In this document: positions 54,601 through 62,471 of the stretch, piece by piece
Layout of the letters: each line of letters starts with the position of its first letter
Position numbering within the stretch: position 1 is the stretch's first letter
Source of the DNA: Planctomycetota bacterium
Lineage (GTDB): Bacteria; Planctomycetota; UBA1135; GCA-002686595
Length of the DNA stretch: 64,000 nt
Direction of reading: 5' to 3'
Assembly: GCA_016795325.1 (NCBI GenBank)
Contig: JAEUHY010000043.1
Span: 30,174 to 94,173, forward strand
Notes under the pieces: model-generated
Database searches by the model: none
What the model saw: only the letters and a program-made list of their open reading frames with translations
Told to the model about the DNA's origin: nothing
Translations under genes and position numbers: made by a program

Positions 54601-55002
54601 GACGGCTGGTACGTCACCGGCGACATCGCGCTGCTCGACGACGACAGCTTCCTCAAGATCACCGACCGTTTGTCGCGCTTCTCGAAGATCGGCGGAGAGA
54701 TGGTGCCGCACGGGCGCGTCGAAGAAGAACTGCACAAGGCGGCGGGCGTTTCCGTTCCGACGTTCCTCGTCACCGCGCTGCCTGACGAGAAGAAGGGCGA
54801 GCGCCTCGCCGTGCTCACGACGATGGCGCTCGACGCGGTGCCGTCGCTCGTCGACAAACTCTCGAGCTCAGGCCTGCCGAACCTGTTCCTGCCGCGCGCC
54901 GACGCCTTCGTGAAGGTCGACGCGCTGCCGGTGCTCGGGACGGGCAAGTCGGACCTGCGCGCCGCCAAACAGATCGCGAGCGACAAGCTGGCGGCGCGCT
55001 GA
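51604..55002 (+). CDS. Triple fusion: MFS lysophospholipid transporter (LplT-like) + PlsC-type acyltransferase + acyl-ACP synthetase (Aas-like)
   Basis: The N-terminal ~400 aa form a 12-TM MFS. The acyltransferase has NHVSFADG and FAEGQITR. The adenylation domain has IFSSGSTGEPKGV, YGATE and GD...D..G...I.DR.SRFSKIGGEMV. The start is uncertain: GTG at 51604 is preferred over ATG at 51508, which would leave only 21 nt to the divergent gene. Confidence 0.88.
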   Translation: MKNSTRHGLYGLLTAQSLASFVDYAWKFAVTLLLQRGIENDGARLQSVITLVTVVFGLPLALGALPALAVVDRFSKRSVVIATRVAECALLATGALLLARRPEGGPELLWIVGALGVCAALLSPAKYGLLPQLVPHSELSRANALLELSTLVAIVAGTAGGGWLLEQTGASTWIVPACLAALSAFGLATALRIPPVAPSDANSRWSDAARSAVAAIRGDRVLALAVAGSALFWSVASLLGQNILAYGKLELALSEQLVGAPLAVMSIGVGLGCLLAARMSRSKVEIGLLPLGSALLATLVAAFAATKPGLGGSIAWMTAIGIAGGLLVVPLNALIQWRAPEERRGAVIAASNVVVFAGALIGSLACGWLAELGLSTPAIFAASAALVALCAAWALWLAPLALVRLAIVALTQSVYRLRVRGLEHVPHKGGALLVPNHVSFADGLFLLGSIDRPIRFLVDAPFFDKPGIGHVLRWLNAIPISSTGGPRVILRALRAAGEHLDAGHVVCIFAEGQITRTGMLLPFRRGLERIVKGRNAPILPVYLEGVWGSIFSFHGGRFGWKLPARIPYPVSVSFGAPIAPGTPLHRVRRAVQALGQEAWQERFAKAQPLHRSFVRRVRAAPLRMLFADANKPRVSRLQALAGSIALARKLSERWRAQEHVGLLLPPSVGGALANLAASFAGRTTVNLNYTAGVAGMGSAAKQAGLRTVVTTRLFLEKAKLTLPEGLEPIWLDEVAAQVSTIDRLTALALALFAPTRWIEAACGAERAPSADDVVTVIFSSGSTGEPKGVMLSHANIASNCAALDQIFHVGPREKVLGILPFFHSFGFTATIWFPATSGLGAVFHPSPIDAPAIGELVERHQISFLLATPTLLSIYMRRIAPAQFGSLRLVLAGAEKLSERLANAFEDQFGIRPLEGYGATECAPVIAASQLDFRAAGFYQPGWRRGFVGQPLPGVVCRVVDPDTFEDLPPNTPGMLLVRGPNVMKGYLGRPDLTEKALRDGWYVTGDIALLDDDSFLKITDRLSRFSKIGGEMVPHGRVEEELHKAAGVSVPTFLVTALPDEKKGERLAVLTTMALDAVPSLVDKLSSSGLPNLFLPRADAFVKVDALPVLGTGKSDLRAAKQIASDKLAAR

Positions 55003-55021
55003 ACGGTCCGATGGCGCGCGT

Positions 55022-58000
55022 TCAGTCGCGCTTGGGCTCGTTCGGCGCCGGCGCCGCGGGCTTGGGCGCGGTGAGCGCGTCGATCGCCGCCTGCGCGGCC
55101 TTGCGCACGTCGCCGTTCGAGTCCTTGAGCATCCGCACCAGCGCGGGCAAGTGCTCGACGGCCTCGAGCGCGCCGAGCGAACGCGCCGCCTGCGCGCGGA
55201 TCGTCGCGTCCTTGTCGGCGAGCATCGGCACAAGCTCCGCGATCGCGGCCTCGCGCGCCGCGCGCGAAGTCTTGCGCGTGGCCCAGCGTTCGCGTTCGTC
55301 CTCGTAGCGCCGGATCGATTCGAGCGCGGCGAAGCAGGCGTCGCGCACCTCTTTGTTCGTCGTCGCGGCGAGTCCCTTGAGCAGGATCGCGGCCGCGCGG
55401 TCGTCGAGGTACGAGGCGAGCGCATTCGCAGCCGCGATGCGGTTCTCGGCTGTGTCCGGACCGCCGCCCGGCGGATTGCCGAGCATCACACGCTCGAGGA
55501 ACGGCAAGTGCGCGTCGAGATGGGCTCGCGCGATGCGGGTCAAGATTGGCGATCCCAGGTTGTACGGGTAGACACGCTCGAACAAATCCGTGAACGGCCG
55601 CGCTTCGGTGGGCTTGAGACGCAACAACGCCATGGCGCCCGCGCCGATCCACTCCAGACTGCCCGTGGCTGCGATGTGCTCGAGAACGGCGATGGCGAGG
55701 GGTTCCGACATGTCGTGCTTCGCCGACAGATTCCCGAAGAAGCGCGCCGTGACTTTGTCGTCGACCCCCGGCACATCGAGCAGTTGAAGCAGCAGGGCAT
55801 CGCGCTCTTCGACGGGCAGTTGAGTGCGGAAACTCAGGCCGCCGACAGCGTCCGCGCCATCGGGGCCTGCGAACAACTCGAGCACAGCCGCACGCCACTG
55901 CGCATCCGCCGTGCTCGCCGACGCGCCGGCGCAAAATCCGCGCAGATCGTTGGGCGCGGAACGATCGAGCAGAATGCCGCGCAGCGCCGGCTGGTACGTA
56001 CTCGGCAACTCGTAGGCGAGTCTGGGAACGCCGTCCTTGTACACGCGCGCGCCGATTCCTCCGCGAAGCAGCGCTTCGGCATCCTCGAGCGAAAGCGCGC
56101 TCCACGCCGTGCGCTCGGGGTTGTACGCCAGTCCGCTCGCCACCCGCGCTTGCGCGGCCGCGCTGCTTTCGAGCGCTGCGCGCACAAGGGCGGTGACCCC
56201 CTCCGGCTTTCGGCAGGCCACAGCGATGATCTCCGGATTCACGTTGAGGCCATCGCCTGCTGGATTGGAGATCCAAGCGACAAGCGCCGGTACATACTCG
56301 TCGCTCCAGCGCCAGGAGACCTTGCCGGCCAAGAGATCCGCTTCGACCACAGGCCGACCATCGGGACCACGAATCAAGTCGGAGAGCCGGCTCGACACGT
56401 TGTCGAGCACTCTGACATCCGTCTCTCTAGCCAGGACCTCCAATACGGGCGCGGGAATCGGCTCCAGACGTTGCTGCCAAGAATTGACAAGTCGCCGCCG
56501 CGAATCGACGCTCGGGTCCCGCGCGATCGCCACGAGCCGAGCGACATCGACGACCACGGCCGGGCTCCGCGAGAAGGCAATGAGCGCTGCGGCTCGCACG
56601 TGCTCCTCAGCGTCACCCAGCAACGCGTCGACCAGGGCGCTGTCGCCTGCCTCAAGCGGCGGCCGTTCTGCATCGGGGCCTTCCGTAAGCCACGCGGGCA
56701 AAACACTTGAACTCGCGTTCGGCCGGTAGATCGGGACTTGTGTGTTGCCAAGCAGCGAGTGCGCGATGGCCGCGCGGACAGCCGTTGTCGGGCTTGCGAA
56801 CTCCCGCAGCAGCGCCGCGCTGCGCGGGAAGTAGGCGAGTTCTTGAGCCGCGACGACCTGCAGCTCCTGTTCCCTGCGGTTCACAACACGCTCGAGCACC
56901 GGACGAAGGCTCTCGCGGCCGCGGCCCGCTTCGAACAGCTTGCTCGCCGCGCGCCACGCCGCGGGTCCGCCGCGTTCGATCTTCGCGATCAAGCCCATCT
57001 GCAGCGGCGCGTCGAGCGCGTCGTAGGTCGCGAGATTGGCGATCTCCTCGAAGCTGTCGAGGCCGACGTCCTCGTCCTTGACGGCGCGGCCGAGCAGCTC
57101 GCGCCAGCCCGTGTCGACGAGCGTCGGAGGCGTGCGTGTGTGGATCTGGTTCACCGGCAGCTCGAGCAGCCACGTGCCAGGATTCGTGAGCACCGCGGCT
57201 TCACCCATCGCCCGCAGCACGCGCTTGCGCCACAGAAGCCGCCCGCGATTCCAGTGTTCGAGCGCGAAGGCGGCGCCGCGCGCCTCGTCGACGCGGAAGA
57301 GCAGCACGAGCGGATCGAGCGACGCCCTGGACGGCAGCGCGTCGAAGTCGGCGCGCACCAACGCTTCGAGCGCCGGCGCCGCACGCGCGCCGAGGTCGAC
57401 GACGAGCGAGGGCTGCTCTTCGGCGAGCGCGCGGTCCACGGCCTCCTCGAGCGAACGCACGACCTGCGTCGATCCTCGACCTCCGGCTGTCGCGCCGCGC
57501 AACTGCGCGTCAAGCCGGTTGCGCAGCGCGACGAGTTCCGGCGTCGCAGCGGCGGTTGCGGCGCGCACCAGCTCATCGGGGGCCGCTTTCAGCTCGAAAC
57601 CGAGCTTCTCCGCAGCGAGTTCGTCACGCACAGCACTGCTGAGCAGCAACTCGTCGGCCGCGCGCCGCGCGAGCGCCAGCTCGCCGCGCCGCTCGAACTC
57701 GGCCGCGCGCGCCGCCGCGATCTTGGCGAGCATGTCCCAGCGCCGCGGGTACTCGTTCGCCAAAGCTGCGCGCACCCACAAGTCGCGCAAGCCGCCGCGC
57801 AGGTCGACCGCCGGGCCGTCGACTTCACGCGCGACCTGCAGCTTCGCCAGGTCGCGCTCGAGCTGCGCCGCGTAGCCGGCGAGTTCGCCCGGCTTCACAC
57901 GCTGCACGCCGTCGCGCACGCCGGTCCACACGTACTGCGTCGCCGGCGCCGTCGCCTCGTTCTGCGCGTGTGCGCGCGCGAACTCGCTCCACAAGATGCC

Positions 58001-58057
58001 GAGCAGCGCCAGCAGCAGCACTCGCAGCATCACCGTTGCATCTTGACTTGTGTTCAT
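55022..58057 (-). CDS. Secreted all-helical HEAT/PBS-lyase-like repeat protein (1011 aa)
   Basis: ATG at 58057 with signal MLRVLLLALLGILWSEFARAHAQ. C-terminal HEAT-like repeats include LVPMLADKDATIRAQAARSLGAL and LVRMLKDSNGDVRKAAQAAIDAL. Confidence 0.75.
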   Translation of the reverse strand: MNTSQDATVMLRVLLLALLGILWSEFARAHAQNEATAPATQYVWTGVRDGVQRVKPGELAGYAAQLERDLAKLQVAREVDGPAVDLRGGLRDLWVRAALANEYPRRWDMLAKIAAARAAEFERRGELALARRAADELLLSSAVRDELAAEKLGFELKAAPDELVRAATAAATPELVALRNRLDAQLRGATAGGRGSTQVVRSLEEAVDRALAEEQPSLVVDLGARAAPALEALVRADFDALPSRASLDPLVLLFRVDEARGAAFALEHWNRGRLLWRKRVLRAMGEAAVLTNPGTWLLELPVNQIHTRTPPTLVDTGWRELLGRAVKDEDVGLDSFEEIANLATYDALDAPLQMGLIAKIERGGPAAWRAASKLFEAGRGRESLRPVLERVVNRREQELQVVAAQELAYFPRSAALLREFASPTTAVRAAIAHSLLGNTQVPIYRPNASSSVLPAWLTEGPDAERPPLEAGDSALVDALLGDAEEHVRAAALIAFSRSPAVVVDVARLVAIARDPSVDSRRRLVNSWQQRLEPIPAPVLEVLARETDVRVLDNVSSRLSDLIRGPDGRPVVEADLLAGKVSWRWSDEYVPALVAWISNPAGDGLNVNPEIIAVACRKPEGVTALVRAALESSAAAQARVASGLAYNPERTAWSALSLEDAEALLRGGIGARVYKDGVPRLAYELPSTYQPALRGILLDRSAPNDLRGFCAGASASTADAQWRAAVLELFAGPDGADAVGGLSFRTQLPVEERDALLLQLLDVPGVDDKVTARFFGNLSAKHDMSEPLAIAVLEHIAATGSLEWIGAGAMALLRLKPTEARPFTDLFERVYPYNLGSPILTRIARAHLDAHLPFLERVMLGNPPGGGPDTAENRIAAANALASYLDDRAAAILLKGLAATTNKEVRDACFAALESIRRYEDERERWATRKTSRAAREAAIAELVPMLADKDATIRAQAARSLGALEAVEHLPALVRMLKDSNGDVRKAAQAAIDALTAPKPAAPAPNEPKRD

Positions 58058-58170
58058 CGCTCTTCCTGTTCGTGTTGAGCTGGCTTGAGGGCCGCCAGCG
58101 ACATCGACCATTCGACGCGGCAGCTCGCGTGCGTTGGCCAACGCGCGGTTCCCGCGCCGTCAACGAGCTG

Positions 58171-58893
58171 TCAACTCGGCCCGGGCCCCTCGCCGCCGCG
58201 GCTGAAGCGGTAGCCCACGCCGTGCACAGTGAGGATGTGCCGCGGCCGGTCCGGTTCGCGCTCGAGCTTGCGGCGCAGTTTGAGCACGTGCATGTCGACC
58301 GTGCGCGGCGTCGACTCGTTGCCACGTCCCCACACCGCGTCCTGGATGCGCATGCGATCGAGAACTTGGCCCTCGTGCTCGAGCAAGTAGCGGAGCAGCT
58401 CGAGCTCCTTGCGCGACAGCCCCGCGCGCGCGCCGTCGCGTTCGATCGTGTAGGCCGCGAAGTCGATCTGCGCGCCGCCGATCGAGACCTTGCCCACGTC
58501 GGCCGGCAAGCCCGGAGCGCGACCTTCGAGTCGCTGCAGCACCGCGCGCATGCGGCCGAACAACTCGCGCGTCGAAAACGGCTTGACCACGTAGTCGTCG
58601 GCGCCGAACTCGAAGCCCTGGATGCGGTCCCACTCCTCGCCACGCGCCGAGAGCACGATCACCGCCGACTGCAGGCGGTCCTCGCGGATCGCGCGCAACA
58701 CGCTGAAGCCGTCGCGGCGCGGCAGCATGAGGTCGAGCAGCACCAGCTCGGGAGCTTCGCGTAGCGCGAGCTGCAGCCCGCTTTCGCCGTCGGCCGCCTC
58801 GAGCACCTCGTAACCCTCCGAACGCAGCGCGTCGACGAGCGCGAGCCGCAGCGCCTCTTCGTCCTCGACCACCAACACACGTGCTTTGGTCAT
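58171..58893 (-). CDS. OmpR-family response regulator
   Basis: ATG at 58893 overlaps the kinase stop (ATGA). It has VLVVEDEE, LVLLDLMLP, LSARG and DDYVVKPF. The winged-helix end is TVHGVGYRF. Confidence 0.92.
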   Translation of the reverse strand: MTKARVLVVEDEEALRLALVDALRSEGYEVLEAADGESGLQLALREAPELVLLDLMLPRRDGFSVLRAIREDRLQSAVIVLSARGEEWDRIQGFEFGADDYVVKPFSTRELFGRMRAVLQRLEGRAPGLPADVGKVSIGGAQIDFAAYTIERDGARAGLSRKELELLRYLLEHEGQVLDRMRIQDAVWGRGNESTPRTVDMHVLKLRRKLEREPDRPRHILTVHGVGYRFSRGGEGPGPS

Positions 58894-60821
58894 GCGCCGC
58901 TTTCCGTAGGCTGCTCCAGGGGAAGCTCGATCGAGAGCCGCGCGCCCACGCCATCCAGCGGCTCGAGCGCGCGCGCCTCGCCGCCGTGCTCGCGCGCGAT
59001 CTCGCGCACGATCGCAAGCCCCAAACCGGCGCCGCCGGCGCCGTTCGTGCTCTCGAGGCGCTCGAAAGGCTCGAACACCTTCGCGCGCTGCTCGACCGGA
59101 ATGCCGCGGCCACGGTCGCGCACTTCGAGGTGCAACGCGCCGCTCTGCGTGCTCGCGCTCAGCGCGATCTGGTTCGATCCCGAATGCTTGCGCGCATTGT
59201 CGAGCAAGTTCTCGAGCGCGCGGCGCAGCGCCTCCGCGTCGACGTTGACGCTCGTCGACGTCGCGCTGTCGGCGGCGAGCTCGAGCGACAGTTCGACGCC
59301 GTGTCTGTGCGCCCACTCGCGCGCTGCGTAGCTCAACTCGGCGAGCAGCGCGTCGAGCGCGCGGCTTTCGCGCCTCAGCTCGAGCTGGCGGCCGCGTTCG
59401 AGGCGCGAGAAGTCGAGCACGTCGGCGACCAGGCGCCGCAGTCGTTCGGCCTCGCGCCGGATCAGGCTCGCGTAGCGCTCGCGCGCCGCCGGTTCGCTGA
59501 CGCGGTTTTCTTCGAGGTTTTCGGCGAGCATCAGGATCGACGCGACGGGCGTGCGCAGTTCGTGGCTCACGCTGGCTACGAACGAACTCTTCAGCTCGGC
59601 CAAGCGCCGCCCGCGGCGCAGCGCGCGAAAGGTCGCGAAGCTCGCACCCGCCGAAAGCGCCGCCGTGAGGAACAGAGCGCCGCGCAGCAACGCGACGCGT
59701 TGGCCGGCCTGCGCGATGGCCGCGTTCGGATCCTCGTGGAACAACTCGAATCCCAGATCTGCGGCGTCGAGTTCGCGCCGCTCGCGCACGCGCTCGCCCG
59801 GGACGGCGCCGCCGGGCAATCCGAAGTCGAGCGCGAATCCGTCGGGCACGAGTTTGCGCTGCGCGAGGCGCGCGACGAAGTTGGCGAGCAGATCGGCGCG
59901 CGTGACGAAGCCCGCGAGCACGCGCTCGGCGCCGTCGGCGCGCCAAGCGAGCAGCGCATGGCGCGCGGGATGCGGTTCGAAGCGCCAGGCGCCGTCGTTC
60001 GGGCGTTCGGGCAGGCGACCGGAAGGCCGCGCGCGGGCGAGGAGTTCGAGTTGGCGCACGCGTTGGTGCTCGCGCAGTTGCGCACCTGCGGAGTCGCCGG
60101 GCGTGAGGCTGCCGATGCGTTCGAGCCACGCCTGTCGAGCCGCGCCTTCGCTGAGCTCGAGCGCGCCGCTCGTCACGCCCGCGACGAGACGCGCTTGCAG
60201 CGCGGCGCGCGCGTCGTCCGACAGGGCCGGCGCGACCGCGAGGGCGCACGCCGCGAGCAGCGGGACGTCCGCGTCGACTTCTGCGCCGGTCAACTCGCCT
60301 TCAACGGCGCTCCACGCTTCGCGCGCGGCGTCGGCGTCACCCAGACCACGCGCGCAGCGGATGACGACGAGCGTCGCGCGAGCACGACCCGCTGGGTGCT
60401 GGGCCTGCGCTTTCGCGTCGAGAGCTGCGGAGCGTGCTTCGGCCAGCTGCCCCAGCGCCTCGAGCCGCTGCGCCTCGCTCACGAGCAGTTCGAACACGAC
60501 CGACTCGCTCGTCGCGGCGCGGCTTTTCGCGTTGGGCGGATCGGCCGGCGCCACGCGCGCCAACGCCGCGAGTTCGCCGTCACGCCAACTGTGCGGCTCG
60601 CCCAGCTCGAACGCGTCGGGTTCGGCGCGCAGGCGCTCCCATTCGGTGACCACCGCGTCCTCCGCGCTGCGGGCCGCTTGCGCGAAGCTCGCGCGGCCCG
60701 CAAGCTCTGGGTCGTTCGCCGGCGCCAGCGCGACGGCGAGGAGCAACGCCGACGAGAGCCCTCCGAGCAGCGCGACGGCGAACTCCCAGCGCTGCCCTCG
60801 CACTCGTCGGACGGCGGCCAT
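58890..60821 (-). CDS. Sensor histidine kinase with large (~340 aa) helical periplasmic domain
   Basis: TM1 is FAVALLGGLSSALLLAVAL and TM2 is ALFLTAALSAGASFATF. The H-box is FVASVSHELRTP. N/G boxes are LLDNARKH and GAGLGLAIV. Confidence 0.88.
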   Translation of the reverse strand: MAAVRRVRGQRWEFAVALLGGLSSALLLAVALAPANDPELAGRASFAQAARSAEDAVVTEWERLRAEPDAFELGEPHSWRDGELAALARVAPADPPNAKSRAATSESVVFELLVSEAQRLEALGQLAEARSAALDAKAQAQHPAGRARATLVVIRCARGLGDADAAREAWSAVEGELTGAEVDADVPLLAACALAVAPALSDDARAALQARLVAGVTSGALELSEGAARQAWLERIGSLTPGDSAGAQLREHQRVRQLELLARARPSGRLPERPNDGAWRFEPHPARHALLAWRADGAERVLAGFVTRADLLANFVARLAQRKLVPDGFALDFGLPGGAVPGERVRERRELDAADLGFELFHEDPNAAIAQAGQRVALLRGALFLTAALSAGASFATFRALRRGRRLAELKSSFVASVSHELRTPVASILMLAENLEENRVSEPAARERYASLIRREAERLRRLVADVLDFSRLERGRQLELRRESRALDALLAELSYAAREWAHRHGVELSLELAADSATSTSVNVDAEALRRALENLLDNARKHSGSNQIALSASTQSGALHLEVRDRGRGIPVEQRAKVFEPFERLESTNGAGGAGLGLAIVREIAREHGGEARALEPLDGVGARLSIELPLEQPTESGA

Positions 60822-60981
60822 GCGTTCGGCATCGTAGTTGGGCTGGCGCGCGAGTTGTCACCAGCTTGTCAAGCGAGTTGGCGGTACGTTGCCAGGATCG
60901 AATCCGGCCTCCGCGCGCGTAACCATCGGCGCGCAGATGACGGAGTCGAACCTGGCGCCGTACCGCCGACTCCACATCGCC

Positions 60982-61593
60982 ATGCAAACGCATCGACCCC
61001 ACTCCGTGGTGTTCACACTCGGCGCAGGCCTGCTGCTCAATGCTTGCAGCACCGACAGCACGCCGCCCAGCCCGCCGCCCGAGAAGCTCGAGGCAGCGCG
61101 GACGCAAGCCGCCGCGGTTGCGGACGAGCTGGGTCAACAACTCGTCGCCGCGCTGGGCGAAGCGATCCAGCGCTCCGGGCCGGTTGGCGCGATCGAAGTC
61201 TGCCAGCTGCGCGCACCGCAGATCGCGGCAGAGCTCGGGAAGCAACGCGACATCGAGGTCGGCCGCACGGCGCTGCGCCTGCGCAATCCGGCCAACGCAC
61301 CGGGCGAGTTCGAGCGAGGCATGCTCGAGCACTTCCGCGGCGAGCTCGAGCGCGGCGTGGCGGCGAGTTCGCTTCACGCGAGTCGCTGCGTACCTGACGA
61401 GAACGGCTGGCGCTACGAGTGGATCCGCCCGATCGCACTGCAGCCGATGTGCGTTGTGTGCCACGGCGAGCAGCTCGCGCCCGAGCTCCGCGACGAGCTC
61501 GCGCGGCGCTATCCCGCGGATCAAGCGACAGGCTTCAAGCCCGGCGAATTGCGCGGCGCGTTCACGGTGAGCTTGTCGATCCCGCGCGAGTAG
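60982..61593 (+). CDS. DUF3365-family (Tll0287-like, c-heme-binding) lipoprotein
   Basis: ATG at 60982 gives signal/lipobox FTLGAGLLLNAC; the alternative ATG is at 60937. The family pattern GRTALRLRNPANAP..FE...L..F ... RYEWIRPI...P.CVVCHG is present. Confidence 0.7.
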   Translation: MQTHRPHSVVFTLGAGLLLNACSTDSTPPSPPPEKLEAARTQAAAVADELGQQLVAALGEAIQRSGPVGAIEVCQLRAPQIAAELGKQRDIEVGRTALRLRNPANAPGEFERGMLEHFRGELERGVAASSLHASRCVPDENGWRYEWIRPIALQPMCVVCHGEQLAPELRDELARRYPADQATGFKPGELRGAFTVSLSIPRE

Positions 61594-62467
61594 CGGCCGC
61601 GCCGCGCGCCTGCGCGAGTTCGCCGCGGCACGCGTCGCATAGCTCGAGCGGCACGCCATTCAACACGCCGGAGAGCAACGAGCGCCAGTCGAGCGCAGGG
61701 TAGAGCACGCACTCCGGTCGCGTGCAGTGCGCGCCGCGGTGCGGCCCGCGCCACGTGCGCTGCGGTTCGACGGGCACACCGAGCGCGTGCGCGAACTCGT
61801 GCATCAGCACGTGCTCTTCAAGTTGTCGGCGCGACACGAACCAGTTCGAGCGCGCCGCGAGCGCGTCGGCTTGGATCACGATCAAGCTGCCGGAGTCGCG
61901 CACGGCGCCTTCCTCCAAACGCATCAGGCGTTCGTGCAAGCCGAGGAGTTCTGGGCTCGCAGGATCGCGTGGCACGATGGCGACCAGCACGCGCTGCGGC
62001 TCGACCACCGGTTTGCGCACGAACGTGCCCTCCTGCGTCGCGCTTTCGAGCGCGATGACCTCCGCGCCGCGCGCGTACTCGAACCATGTGCCGGGCACGA
62101 TCTCGCGCCGCACGACCGAGCCGAGGAGGAGTTCCTCGGCGCCGTGCGTTGGCCATTCGAACGGCGCGGCGAGCGCGCCGTCGCCGCGCGCGGGCAGTTC
62201 GAGGGGCGCTGCGTCGTCGAGCACGATTTCGCCCGTGATTTCGCGCTCCACACGCGCGAGCACACGCTCCCAGCTTCGCTGCGAGAGCTCGCGGCCGTTC
62301 ACGCTCAGCCGCGTGATGCGCAGCTGCGGCGCCGCCACGAGTTCCGACCGAACACCGCGCGACCCACCCAAGCCCAACGGGTCGACGGACTCGGGACTGT
62401 GCGGCGCCACGCGGCACGCAACGCACGCGAGTGCGGCGCACAGCGCGCTCCACCACCCGCGGCGCAC
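61562..62467 (-). CDS. Archaemetzincin-like zinc metalloprotease lipoprotein
   Basis: GTG at 62467 gives VRRGWWSALCAALACVAC (lipobox). It has HEFAHALG ... HCTRPECVLY ... CDAC, i.e. HExxHxxG plus a CxxxxC...CxxC pattern. Its 3' end overlaps the convergent DUF3365 gene by 32 nt. Confidence 0.65.
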   Translation of the reverse strand: MRRGWWSALCAALACVACRVAPHSPESVDPLGLGGSRGVRSELVAAPQLRITRLSVNGRELSQRSWERVLARVEREITGEIVLDDAAPLELPARGDGALAAPFEWPTHGAEELLLGSVVRREIVPGTWFEYARGAEVIALESATQEGTFVRKPVVEPQRVLVAIVPRDPASPELLGLHERLMRLEEGAVRDSGSLIVIQADALAARSNWFVSRRQLEEHVLMHEFAHALGVPVEPQRTWRGPHRGAHCTRPECVLYPALDWRSLLSGVLNGVPLELCDACRGELAQARGAAATRAGSTSSP

Positions 62468-62471
62468 GGCG

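Noticed and set aside
58881-61397. 838-aa plus-strand ORF, and the 692-aa minus-strand ORF (58171..60249), across the second two-component system
   Set aside because: Shadow frames. The frames I accepted carry the H-box/N/G boxes and receiver/winged-helix motifs, with an ATGA junction.
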